A stretch of DNA of 52,628 nt, the filler included, from Sphacelaria rigidula (Eukaryota), in NCBI GenBank assembly GCA_964200075.2. It is 4 parts of 4 records of this genome, joined end to end, with 100 filler letters (N's around TTAATTAATTAA, not from the genome) between each part and the next. Parts side by side here need not be neighbours in the genome. Positions count along the whole stretch, not along the records: positions 1 to 13,083 come from CAXNAA020003164.1; 3 more parts are not named here. One strand, 5' to 3'. Position numbers and translations under genes: made by a program. Shown piece after piece: positions 1 to 11,600 of the stretch. Numbering within the stretch: position 1 is the stretch's first letter; every line of letters starts with the position of its first letter. The notes beneath the pieces are model-generated. The model ran no database searches and was not told the origin of the DNA. It was given only the letters and a program-made list of their open reading frames with translations.

Positions 1-1580
1 AGGATGCCCTTGTCCCCTGGTCATCATCCAGGATCCACTATATACTCAATCGTGTCGGCGTGATTTCGCCACAGGCCGAAGATGCGGATGTGCAATCTCT
101 TGAGTCGGACGTTGCTACTGCTATCTTGGACAATGAAGGTCTGCTTCGTGTGCATGTGCGTGGCCGAAAGGTTTTGTGGATTCCGATTCTGACAAGCAGT
201 TGCAGGTACGTCTGATGATTTGCGCGCACATGCGCGACGCCGGGCATCGTGGTGTGGCTGCGATGCTCGTGCGCTCGCAAGAGTTTTGTGTCAGGCAGGG
301 GATAGAATCTCATGTGCGCGAATTTGTCCGCCAGTGTCTTCACTGTGCTGACTCGAGGGCGGGCGATGTTGTTCCCCGCCCGCTCGGCGAAACGGTCCAT
401 GACACCACGCCGAATGAAGTCGTTCATTTTGACTTATTGTACGTGGGCGAGAGTGGCCCGCTAACTTCCCAAGGTTTGTCGGATGATGCTGGCTTTCGAT
501 ACATTTTGGTGATCATGGATGATTTGAGCATTTGTGGCTCTGGAACTAGTAGCAGTGTGTACTGCTGAATCGGCCGCTGCATCTTCGCTGAATTGATGCA
601 CAACTTTGGGGGTGCCGCGTGTGTGAGTGAGTAATACCGCCACGCATTTCAAAAATGCGATTTTGGCCCGATTGCGAGAGGCTTTGCGCATTGATCACCA
701 TTTTGCGGTATCATATTCTCCGTGGTCTAACGGTACGTGCGGACGCATGGTCAAGGAAGTAGTTCGTGCTCTTCGCTTTATTCTTCTCGAGCAGCGTAGA
801 GCGGTTTCCGAGTGGGTGGACGTGTTGCCGGCGGTGCAGTGGGCGCTTAACACAGCATATCGTCGTCGTTACGATAGTACGCCGTACCACGTGATGTTTG
901 GTCGTGCCCCTCGGACGTCTTTCTCGGTGCTGGCGTCCTCGTCGGCGGGGGAATGGAAATGTGATGTTTTGGACGATGTTTAAATTAAAAGTGCATTGCA
1001 AGGAGTCTTGGACTTGCAAGAACGTTTACACGTTCAAGTGCAGGAACTTGTTGCCGCTGAACGTACGCGTAGACGTGAGGGGTCCTCGTCGGGGATGGAA
1101 TCGCCGAATTTTGAGGTGGGCGGCTATGTCTTGTATGCACGCGTGCATCGTCCGGGTGTTACGCCCAAGTTGATGGTGACTTGGACTGGTGCATGGAGAG
1201 TGGTTGGTGCTCAGCACCCACACGTGTTTGAGATTCAGAACATTGTTCCGGGTCGCGTTAAGACCACCCATATAGCTCGTTTGCGTTTTTTTGCAGACTC
1301 GCAGCTTAATTTTACGGCTGGCGTTGAGGACGTGTTCCAGCATGCTTTCAATCAGGGGCAATTTCAGATGGCTGGTATTGTCCGAGTAGCAGAAACAGTT
1401 GCTCGTTTGTTGATCGTGTTGGTCGACTGGGTTGGTTCCGAAGTTGAGGAGCGTACGTGGGAGCCTTTCAAGGATATTTTTGAGGCCGCTCCGGCTTTTC
1501 TTGTGAAGGAGTTGCGTAAATAGCGCGTGAGTCGTGCCGTTGCTGCTGGCATTTCGAATGAGTTTGGTATTCAGTTGTTA
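1..1580 (+). pseudogene. Decayed Ty3/Gypsy pol 3' end: integrase zinc-binding domain, rve core and C-terminal chromodomain (5'-truncated by scaffold start)
   Basis: Translated pieces give CAHMRDAGHRG...CLHC (H2C2), VHFDLLYV...ILVIMDDLS, VSNTATHFKN...PWSNGTCGRMVKE...WALNTAY...TPYHVMFG (rve), PKLMVTWTGAWRV...HIARLRFF (GPY/F-like) and VLVDWVG...RTWEP (chromodomain). The frame is broken by frameshifts (~178, ~530) and in-frame stops (~595, ~624, ~981, ~1521). Confidence 0.93.
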
Positions 1581-1654
1581 CTTACTCATCGTTTTGGCGT
1601 TTTCTGAGTGTCAAGCTTGTTGATCGGTTTTCATCTAAGGCGCTTTGGGGGTGC

Positions 1655-1954
1655 TGTGACGAAATAACGCCGTTACGTTGAATTGGTAGTGATGATCTGG
1701 ATAATGACCGGGGGCACTAGGTTGATACCCTGGCGTGTCTAGGAGGCTGTGCCAACGAGGGCACTCCTGGATAATGAAAATGTTGTAATGGCTGATAACT
1801 GAAACTGAGGCCAGTAAGGCTGGGGAGTCCCTCAACAGCAGTGATCGAGCAGTTCTTCCACTGGCTGGCGTCACAGGTCACGTTTTTCATGGCAGTGTTG
1901 GGAACTGGTTCTGGGGTGGGCTGCATCGCTGCATCGTTTAGCGCGCTTGCGACA
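1655..1954 (+). mobile_element. Probable 3' LTR of the Gypsy element
   Basis: Starts TGTGACG just after a G-rich PPT-like tract (TTTGGGGGTGC, 1644-1654) that follows the pol end. Possible CA ends are CGTCACA at 1875 (perfect 7-bp inverted match) or TTGCGACA at 1954. The second LTR is not in the window, so the end is uncertain. Confidence 0.6.
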
Positions 1955-4954
1955 CGTTGTTTAATTTACAACCCGCAGACGAGGTAGAAAAACAAAGCAC
2001 ATACAGCCACCTTTGCGCAACTATGTTCATATATATGCAGAAGATGTGCTTTGTCACTGACTTGCAGCAATGCTGAGCATGTCGTAGGAGGAGGTGTGCG
2101 GGAGAGATAAGGCTCCATCTATTGCACACTGTAGCAGCTTCCATCAGGTAGGTCAGCCTTTTGCCTGGAAATCCTAGCTCGTGCAATATAACGGTATCCT
2201 GTCGGTCATCGTATATTTGTTTGAAGTATATTTGTTATCCCTCATACCAGGTGGCTCTGAACTAGCCTGGGGGACCGCTGGCTCGGTCTTCCTTAAATAT
2301 GACGAGAAACGATTCCACCGTTTTTTGCAGAATATCTTCAGTTTTTCCAAATAAAAGTGATGCCGATTCACGAAAAAAAACGCCAAACACCTCGAGCAGC
2401 CCCGAGAAACGTTTGTTTTGCTGAGAACGTGCAATCGGCATTACTCAACACCGCAAAAAATCATGCCGTTTTCAGGAGTTAGACTGAAATTTTGCACAAT
2501 TTTGCTACAGACCATTGCGCAACTTGCGAAGGTCAAGGTCTTGCTAGTTTTTGGATTTTTCAACGTTTATCGGGGGTTCCAAGATGTTGGGTTGGGGAAA
2601 CTTGTATCCCATCGGATACCCGAAAAACGGTAAAAAAGTTAACAAGTAAAGAAAAATTTCTTCATCGAAAGTTGCGTGTTAGCCCATAGCACATTTGTGC
2701 TACGTTTCAGGGTCGAACTCCTACAAGCGGCGTTAATTTTCGCGCGTTTTGTGCGATGACGGGAGCTTGAAACGTGCATACTCCCAACTACTTGGCTTTA
2801 GTACGGAACGTCTTTTTTCGGTGTATTTAATGTCAAGGCGAGAAAAACTTTATGCGGTTTATGAGTTTCTCCACCGTCAAACGTGGTACACATTTTCCTT
2901 GGACTGCCCCGGGACGTATCATTTTTTTTCTTCTGAGGCACGGATTCCAGGAGTCTTCACAGTGGGACCCCCGGAAGCCGGTAAAGAACGCAGAAACTTT
3001 CAAATACTGCCAAGAATGCCTTTTTTTCACTTGAGTCATCAACTGTGGAACTTCCAAGTTTGAGGGCGATCGGAGCTTTTTTACGACAGATTTTAGGTAA
3101 ATCGTTACAAGACTCCCTGGGTCTTTCGTGCCATCTTCAGGGGGAACTAGGCGATGCCAAAAATCGTCAATCACCGAATCGCCATGGTTGTACGCATATT
3201 TCGACCCCATAGGAACTTTTTTCAGATCTGTCTTCTCCAGTTGGATTCACGAGCTGCTTGTGGTTACCACGATTTGAAGCATGTGGAGATTGGGTGAATA
3301 TTGGGCTTGGAATTCGTATTTTCGATTCAAAACAAATTGAAGGGTGCTGATTGGTTGAGGTACCTTTTCGCCCTTAGCGCCACCAATATGGCCTTAAACC
3401 CACATCCCGCTGTCACGCTCCTGAGCAGTCCAAGGGGGTCAGTATGATATCACATATGCGACTATTGGGGGTATTGCGAAAGGCATTTGCTGGTAACACA
3501 ATTTTGGGTGATGAGCGTGAACCAGCCTTTCCTATTTGCCGTGGTGGTGGGTACGGACAAAACAAGTATACGCAACAATAATTCTTCAAAAACTTGACGT
3601 GAAAAATGAAATCTCCACCACTACACTTGTACATTACATCCCTTCCCTTCCTCGGGACGAGTCCCTAGGCTCAAGAGGTTCCAACCCACCTCTCCCCCAC
3701 CGCATGTGAATATTCCTTGCACTCCATGACAGGACCGAAAAACCAACCAGCACTCTCAACAGTCTGACGACGTTGTCAAACGAATTCCCGGAGAGGGAGG
3801 AAAGGGGGCATCTTTGTCGAGATTCGTCAGCCGACGAAGTCTGCCGCACAGTGGCCATAATGATGTACGAGTACCACGTTGACGACCGCGACGCAGTGGC
3901 AACCGTCGCACTACAACACACTATGTACAGTACATAAAATATAGACAAAAACATGCTTAGCAAAACCACCAAAACAAGGATTCCCCGCTCAACACCACTT
4001 CTCCATCCAAAACAAATCACAAAATACCCACACAATATCTCAAATACATAATGTATCTCACAATCGAACGAAGAACTGAGGAAAAAACATATTTATTATC
4101 GATACCAACGTAAACACTGAGGACGATACTGCACAGGTGCGGGAATGGGATATAAAATGACTATTATACCCAATATTCCGCCACAGCAGGACGCCATGCA
4201 GCCTATACACACAACCAAGTCATTCCGGCGTCTGTCAAGTCGGGTGGGTTACCTTCCACCAAGAGAGGACCACTACAAATACGAACTGCGCATATGTACT
4301 TTACCTTAAATAGCCGCAAATACATGCTCGAGAGCCCTCTTGACAAGCTGTAACTGAGGAAGAAAGAGCAGATAATGCACGCTTTGGCCTCGGCTCAAAT
4401 ACGCATTATCTACTATACGTGTTCTTTGCGCACATTTCTCCACTATATTTACCATTCCAACATATCTTTTGAATTGAGGGCGGGGTGGATCACGCCCCAT
4501 TTCTCAACACGCCATATTCGGAGCACAGTGGATCAAGCGGCCCACGTGGTGCGTTCTGGCAGGAGTTGTGCATGCTGCTGTTCCTTAGTGTTTCAGGCGA
4601 GGGGCCCACCAGCCGAGAACTTGAAAGCCGCCCTCCGCAGTCGTGAGCGCCACGTCTGCCATTAGAACAAAGAATAGACAACACACGCCACGAGCGCAAG
4701 GGACAAATGATGCATAAAGCAAACGAACTTTTCAACAAGTCAAACGATTCCAACTTATTTGTTGTCATTTCAAGACAAATACAACCAATCCCCACGTAAT
4801 GACGCAAGCTTTGAAGATACTAGGAATGTGAGTGCCTTTCACCGCTAGAAGAAGAAAAAAAACTTGTGCACTTGATGTGACCAATGCTCCCACAGAATAC
4901 CAACTCGGGGGAGAGACTCAAGTCCATCCTTGTAGTTTCTCAGCTCGGAAGTTA

Positions 4955-5638
4955 CGAGACGGGACGGGAATAGCCGTTCTCTCCAAGGAAGCGGGACGGG
5001 GCGGTGAATTTGGGGATGTGTCCAGAAGAGACGAGAGAGGAATTTCTCGTCCCGTCCCATTGTAGCGGCAAGGAGATTCCCGTCCTGCCATGTCTTGTCT
5101 TCACGGGAAAAACGTAATCCGTCCAGTGAGATTCCCGTCCCGCGCCGTCCTGTCATCGCAAGACTTGTGTCAAATATCAAGAAATATATGCACTAAGACG
5201 AAGAATTTGTGCGGACGATGCCTGTAGGCATCAGCGGACGAAAAAAACAGTGCAGATTTCACGTTTTTTTGTGCAAGGTACATGACTTACAATTGGAAAT
5301 TGTCCGAAAGCTGTACACCTCAAGTTATCGTAAACCTCCCGTAAGATTGGACGAGATTCCGCGTTCCACTGACAGGATGTCCCGTGAAAACGTAGCAGGA
5401 TGCTCGGCAAAGCATAACGAGAAACAGCTTTTACCATCCCGTGATGGCGAGTCGGGAACGGGAAAAACCAGGGCGGGGTCGGGACAGAACGGAGACGTTT
5501 ACCGTACCCCCTGTGAACGACGGAACGGGGGTTTTCCCACCACCAAAATAAGACGGGACGGGAAGTCTGCTCCCGGGAAAGTGACGGGGCGCGACGGGAA
5601 AATCTGTTATGTCCCGTCATTTTTCCCGTGAAAAGCCC
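4955..5638. mobile_element. Non-autonomous DNA-transposon-like element rich in CCCGT/ACGGG subterminal motifs
   Basis: Many GACGGGA/TCCCGTC motifs in both orientations. Ends TTTTTCCCGTGAAAAGCCC, with the inverse TTCACGGGAAAAA near 5100. No coding signal. Confidence 0.6.
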
Positions 5639-6461
5639 GTCATAAGATCATGACTGTAGCGTGGAGCACACACAAATTACTCGTCATAGGGGTCTAACAT
5701 GTCCTCGCCATGATGCCAACACCCGCGCGGATGCTGTTCAGGGATCAGGGTCGCGAAACCCCAGCGCAACGTCAGTAGCGTGCTTGCAACATACTGACGG
5801 ATGCTCTGCGTATACTATCATCCTCCGAAGCACACCATCTCGTTATCGTATCCTCACTGTTCATGCTACAAGTGTAGTATGTGAGATATACGTGAACATT
5901 TCACATCATGCGTTACGATTGAAAACTGTGGCGCAGAAACTACGCGGTCGGAAAGAGAGCAACACAATGAGCGTACAGTAGGCTTTTCCCACAGTTTTTT
6001 CATGGATTCTACTGGGCGTCACTCCCTACGCCCTGCGTTGGTGCAATACGCTGCCCACGTCACGAGCCGGTGGCAGTGCTCCGTACCAAAGTCAATTTGC
6101 AACGCGGAAGGAATCGATTCTTGGGTCGTGAATGCTGTATGTGACAAGCCTGTGCACACCGTGTCCCTGCAATATCCAAAACTGAATGAATAGAAAACGA
6201 ACGAAAAAATCGGCAGACTGCTGTGTCGAACGAAGTGAAGTTGTTGGGACCTTCGATGTGCGCATGTACGTATCCATGTATCATTTAGATCGATGGAATC
6301 AGCAGGAATCACCCACCTTTTGACACACGTGCCTCACATGTATCCTCCCGGTCACTCTTAGTTGCAGTCTGTCGCACTCAACGTCCTCCCACAAAGTACG
6401 TGATGGTGATAGTAAGGGAAAGAAGGGATTCTAGTGAGTAGTGGTGCAAGTGGGTGTGCCA

Positions 6462-6775
6462 GTCGCCCCGGTGGCTCAGTTGGTAACCTCGAAACCTCCT
6501 GACGGTTGGGTCGTGCGTTCGACCTCGGAGCGACATGGGATTTTTTCTCACACAGTGCCCAACAATGGAGAGTGACTACGTCGGGAGTACACAAAACTCG
6601 ACATGATGGTCGACGAGGGAAATGGGTCGTTGAACCCCTCTCGCGATACAAAATAAAGGCAAGCACCGCAGAAGGAAGGTGGAGGACTAAAACACACAAA
6701 AAAGGAAAAACTCCGGTGTCGACCTTCCTCCTGTGTGACCCTGGCTCGTGCGTGCACATGTACCCAAACGTGTAG
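6462..6775 (+). mobile_element. tRNA-derived SINE-like element
   Basis: Pol III A-box TGGCTCAGTTGG (6472-6483) and B-box GTTCGACC (6517-6524), with a closing stem GTCGCCCCG/CGGAGCGAC. The body (ATGGTCGACGAGG...GAACCCCTCTCGC...AAGCACCGCAGAAGGAA...CTTCCTC.TGTGTGACCC) recurs at 13975-14140. Confidence 0.7.
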
Positions 6776-7461
6776 ACCGGCGTACAGAACAGATTGGACG
6801 ACAACACACGCACACACGCAATGATGCTGCTGTTTGGGGGGTGATGAGGTAAAAGTGTTGGGATAAACCGCAAGGTATCATGGTTGATGATTTCGCAGCG
6901 TAACCCAACCCTCTGTGCGATGTAGTGAGCGACACACCACAGCGCCAGGTTTGCCTTATACTGTATTTGTAGGTCCCCAGCGAAACACGTCGGCGGAGCG
7001 CGCGAGGGAAGGGAAACACAGAAGCCAAGCCAAGCGAACCGCGGTTGGGCACGCCCGAGGCGAGAGAACGGAGAGGACGGAGGACGGACGAAAATTCAAA
7101 ACCCAATAAAAACAGGACTTACAGGTAAGGAGGGTATACTACTACTGTACGCACACGATGATAAGTGTGCAACTAGGCGAAGCCAAGGCAGGGGGAGGGT
7201 CTCCTTCGTTTTTCCTGCCGCGTAACTGCTGGGTCAAGGTGGACGGACTGGAGACGTCGTTCGCGACAGGAGACGAAGCCAGGGACGGGACGATCGAGGG
7301 TGCAGTTTTGCTCAAGGAGTGGAGGCGAGGGGATGCGGGCGCGGTGCTTCTGCTCCCAGCACTGCCGACATTTTTTGGACCATTCTTGCGTGGTACTGTA
7401 AAACTTTCACACCTCAGATAACTCAACTCAGGTTAACTCGAGTAAAATCATTTCCCCCCAA

Positions 7462-7812
7462 CTCACCTCTGAGTTATAGCAACATAACTCAGGGGTGCAT
7501 ATTCCCCTCACGTCAGCTCTACAGCATAACCCAGCGGTGCACATTCTGGTCGGGTGAGTTATACAAGATACCTCAGCGATGCATATCTCGGTCAGGTGAT
7601 TTATACAGCATTACTCAGCGGTGCATATTCTGGTTGGGTGACTTATAGAACATTACTCAGCGATGTATATCTCGGTCAGGTGAGATATAGAACATAACTC
7701 AGCGGTGCATGTTCTGGCCGGGTGAGTTATACAACATAGCTCAGCGGTGCACAATCTGGTAAGGAGGGTTGTAGAATTATAACGTTCGGTGCAAAATTAG
7801 GGTGGGTGAGTG
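7462..7812. repeat. Tandem array 1 of a 42-nt unit (about 8 units)
   Basis: Consensus is approximately CATAACTCAGCGGTGCATATTCTGGTCGGGTGAGTTATACAG, containing the inverted pair ATAACTCA/TGAGTTAT. Confidence 0.92.
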
Positions 7813-8439
7813 GAACTACACAACATCATTCATCAGTCGAGAAGAAAGAGACATGGAGCTCACTTACGTGTTGTGAGTTCTATACACCGCGATGAGATAT
7901 TCGCTACTCTTACTCTTGTGTTCCAAGTTCAGATATAACTCATCTTTACCCCCCTCTTTGAGATTTTTGAGACACACACATGATCATCGATGACACACCC
8001 AGAGACACACGCGCGCGCGTACGCTTAACGCGTGCACGAAGAGCAAGGAAAGTTGCAGGGAGTTAACTCGCGTGCGATCCACGGCACACACTCGCGAATG
8101 TCCACCATGGCTTCCATCACGGGCCAAGCGAATCGGAAAAGTGGGCTAGACTCCTCTTGGTGGAGTGATGTAAATTGTCCCAAACGTGTGGTGATATTCC
8201 CTACTTGGGGACCTATACCCGTGTCAAATTTCCCAATAGTGAAAAATATCCCCCCAAAAAACAAGAGACGGTCTTATGACGGTCCTGGATGATGTACGTA
8301 CTTGTATATATCACACCTGCGGCAGATATCATTTATGCAGATTTACTCCGAGAGTTCTCACGCTACATGTACCCGCAGACGTGTCACGTGATCACGTGTT
8401 TCATCTTACATGAGTGACTAGTGTTGACCTCTCTGTTTT

Positions 8440-8990
8440 GCATGTTTCCGGTCGGGTGAGTTGCAAAGCATAACTTATTTCCCAATAAATCAGCCGTGAG
8501 TCATGCAACATAACTCAGCTGTGCATATTCCGATCTGGTGAGTTATGGCAGCATAACTCAGTCGACCATATCCCGATCTGGTGAGATATGCGATATGACT
8601 CAGCGGGGCATATTCTGGCCGGGTGAGTAATGTAACATAACTCAGCGGTGCATGTTCTGGTCGCATGAGTTACAGAACATAACTCAGCTGTGCATGTTCT
8701 GTCCGAGTGAGTTATAGAACATAACTCAGCGGTGCACATTATGGTCAAGTGAGTTATAGAACATAACCCAGTCGTGGATGTTTCAGCAGTATAACTCAGC
8801 CGCGCATATTCCGATATGATGAGTTATACAACAGAACTCAGCCACGTATATTCTGGCTGGTGAGTTATAGATGATTCAGCCATGCATATTCTGGCTGGGT
8901 AAGTTATGTAACATACCTCAGCGGTGCACATTCTGGCCAGGTCGGTAATACGACATAACTCAGCTGTGCGCATTCTGGTCGGGTGAGATT
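8440..8990. repeat. Tandem array 2 of the 42-nt unit (about 12 units)
   Basis: Same unit and orientation as array 1, e.g. CATAACTCAGCGGTGCATGTTCTGGTCGCATGAGTTACAGAA. Confidence 0.92.
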
Positions 8991-9008
8991 CGGGTCTTCG
9001 GTGGAGCT

Positions 9009-9165
9009 GACAGCCCCGAGTGCTACTGCGAGCGTGGGCAGAACGTGTTTTCGTCGAAATCGGCGCCGATTTGAGGTCTATCAACGCCACACTCTGCCAA
9101 GGGAGCACTTTGCACCCCCCTCGCCCGAGGGTTCTCGATATGCCTTGGGTTGAGGTCAGGGCCTT
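9009..9165 (+). repeat. Dispersed repeat; second copy at 23048-23212
   Basis: Shared CAGAACG.GTTTTCGTC.AAATCGGCGCC...CAACGCCACACT.TGCC...AGGGTTCTCG.TATGCCTTGGGTTG.GGT.AGGG. Confidence 0.8.
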
Positions 9166-9174
9166 CGAGGTGTC

Positions 9175-9252
9175 CGGAAATCCTCTTTTCAGAAGGGAAT
9201 TACAGGAAGTGTTTTGCACTTCCTGAAATCCCCCCAAGGAAGGGGATTTCCG
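9175..9252. repeat. Short hairpin / mini-MITE
   Basis: CCGGAAATCCTCTT...CAGGAAGTG-TTTTG-CACTTCCTG...AAGGGGATTTCCGG forms an imperfect inverted repeat. Confidence 0.7.
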
Positions 9253-10435
9253 GCCACGTTTTGAGTTGGGTTTTTTTTGGGGGGGGAGTGGTATAGCAGC
9301 AACCGATCAGCGGTTGTTTTTTGAAAAGGGGATTTGGAAAAGGGGGGAAAATCCTCGTCGATTAAAAAGGTCATTAGGGAAGTGATGAGCGCCCGTTTTA
9401 TCGAGACCAGAAATGTGAGAACGCGACGGGATAGTGATGGGGATTGCGGCAGTTGGGGATTTGTTTTTTGGTGATTCCGATTGGTTGTGAGTTGATGCCA
9501 GATAATCATATCCCCCCTGTTCACTCTCACGAAAATTAACTTCCACATGATAATCAACGTCAGAGGGGATGAACATTCGCGTGAGAATGCGAAGAGGAAA
9601 TTCACACAGTGCACGGCATGGGCTGTTCGGCTCTTTATGGGGTGCACAGCTGGCCTTCCCATCAGCAGCAACAGTCACGCTGACTCTAGTCCCATGACCA
9701 GCAGTAGCCACTCGTGGGAGGCACACCCGACGTGCACAGCTCCAACAGAGGGATGCGCACAGCTATATCGTCCAGTACTTCGCCGAGTGAGCAAGCATGG
9801 ACCCATCGGCGCGTGGTACGGACTAGCGATCCCCGGCACGATGGCAATCACGCGCAAGGTGCGTGCGCGTTGTCGCACGGTCGAAACGCGGACCTTCTCT
9901 CTCGCACGAGAAAGAGCAGCAGCAGTGTCGGTACCGCCTGATTCAGCCCCACCCCCAACAGTACACATCTACTGGTGGTGAAGATGCTGTTCTGGCTGCC
10001 GCTGCTGCGGCTACTGCTTGTTCTCCTTCTCGTGCGGGAGGCGGACGGCGTTTCGACCTGCGACAATGCTCGTACACCTTGTGCGTTATTATTGCCGCCC
10101 TCCTTGAAATTGCTGGTCTAATCGGGTGTTGTTACCGTCACTGCATTGTCAGCACGTATCGATTTGTTTTTCCCCCTACATTGGAACGGCGCGTGATTTG
10201 TTGTGATAGTTGAAGTTGTGAACCGTCATTTCACCATCACCATCACGAAGTGACTCTCATTTTTCTTGTTTCGTTAGAACACCACCGAAACACGCCTCGA
10301 GTGCCGACAGCAAGAGCAACCCCGACAATGCTTTCCGATGGTCTGATGACAGGTGTTCCGGGTAACAGTTCCGAAATGGCGATGCAGGAAAGGGGAAAGA
10401 ACTTTGCACACGTCGGAAAACTCAACTCAGGTTCA

Positions 10436-10553
10436 CCCTTTTGGAACCCATTGACGATTTCTGTTTTCGTAAATCGGCCTCATTTTCAGTCATTTTCAAG
10501 TCAAAATGATGCCGATCCACAAAAACAAGAATCGTCAGTGGCTTCCAAAAGGG
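10436..10553. mobile_element. piggyBac-like fold-back MITE (118 nt)
   Basis: Arms CCCTTTTGGAACCCATTGACGATT / AATCGTCAGTGGCTTCCAAAAGGG, flanked by TTCA and TCAA. The homologous empty site at 7421-7445 has a single TTAA. Confidence 0.8.
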
Positions 10554-10579
10554 TCAACACGAGTTAACTCTTTTTCACA

Positions 10580-11040
10580 GAACTCACCAGTGAGTTATAG
10601 TAGCATCACTCAGCCGTGCCCATTTTGGCCGGGTGAGTTATACAGCATGACTCAGCGGTGCTCATTCTGGTCGAGTGAGTTATTATACAGCATAACTCAG
10701 TCGTGCACATTCCGGGTGAGTGATTTATCAACTATAAATCAGCTGTGCCTATTCCGGCTGGGTGAGTTATAAGCTATGAATCAGCGATGCAAACTCTGGC
10801 CAAGTGAGTTATAAACTATAACTTAGCGATGCATACATTGGTCAGGTGAGCTATAAACTATACCTCAGTGGTGTACATTCTGGCCGGGTGATTTATGAAC
10901 TATAACTCATCGATGCATATCTTGATCAGGTGAGTTATAAACTATAACTTATCGATGCATAATTTGGCCAAGTGAGTTATACAGTGTAACTCAGCGGTGC
11001 ATATTCTGGCCGGGTGAGTAATAGAATATAACTCGTCGAT
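10580..11040. repeat. Tandem array 3 of the 42-nt unit (about 11 units)
   Basis: Same unit, preceded by the same AACTCAACTCAGGTT leader as array 1. Confidence 0.92.
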
Positions 11041-11349
11041 ACATATCTCAGTGTTATTCCTTTTCGATGTTATGGAGGCGGTGTATCACCGTGAGGTGTA
11101 CGTTCTACTAGCTGAAGTCATGTTCCGCAGTTTCAATTATCTCGAGCTCAGACAGGAGGTCATCGTGGGAAGATGGTTGGGCACTCTTAGCTTCAGCAGC
11201 TCGCTTCACGGGCGATGCCGCACATGGGAGAAAGCTGCATGACGCATGAGACTCGTTACAGCACATGTCGCAAGCGGTTTTCGCTGACAAGGTTTCTGTA
11301 TCCACTAGAACAGGGCGAGTTGGTGCATAATTCGACCAATAAACACTGT

Positions 11350-11600
11350 TTTGGGGGTTTTTCTGGTAAATTTATCACAAGAAATTTATCAATAAACGCT
11401 GACAAGAACTGAAAGGTCTGGTGGGCTTTGCGGGGTTCGTACATCTGCTGCTGCTCCTTGCCCGCTCTGTCACGATGACCTCAGATGCCGGAGGGCATTT
11501 TTTCGAAACTTTTGTCGCAAAGAAATTGATCAATGAACATTGACAAAATCCGAGAAGTCTGGTGGGCTTTGCGGGGTGTATATATGCTCCTGCTTCTTTA
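11350..11600. repeat. Diverged tandem duplication, period about 140 nt
   Basis: AAGAAATT.ATCAAT.AAC..TGACAA...GTCTGGTGGGCTTTGCGGGGT occurs twice (~11380-11440 and ~11520-11580). Confidence 0.75.

Noticed and set aside
6462..6534. Functional tRNA gene (also 50249-50330)
   Set aside because: A/B boxes are present but there is no canonical anticodon arm or cloverleaf; better explained as SINE heads.
7319..10772. ORFs with repeated ITQRCIFW / CTAELC peptides
   Set aside because: They are by-products of a 42-nt (multiple of 3) tandem unit, are interrupted by stops and have no splice or codon support.
7462..11040. CRISPR array
   Set aside because: The inter-palindrome segments are homologous to each other rather than unique spacers, there are no cas genes, and the context is eukaryotic.
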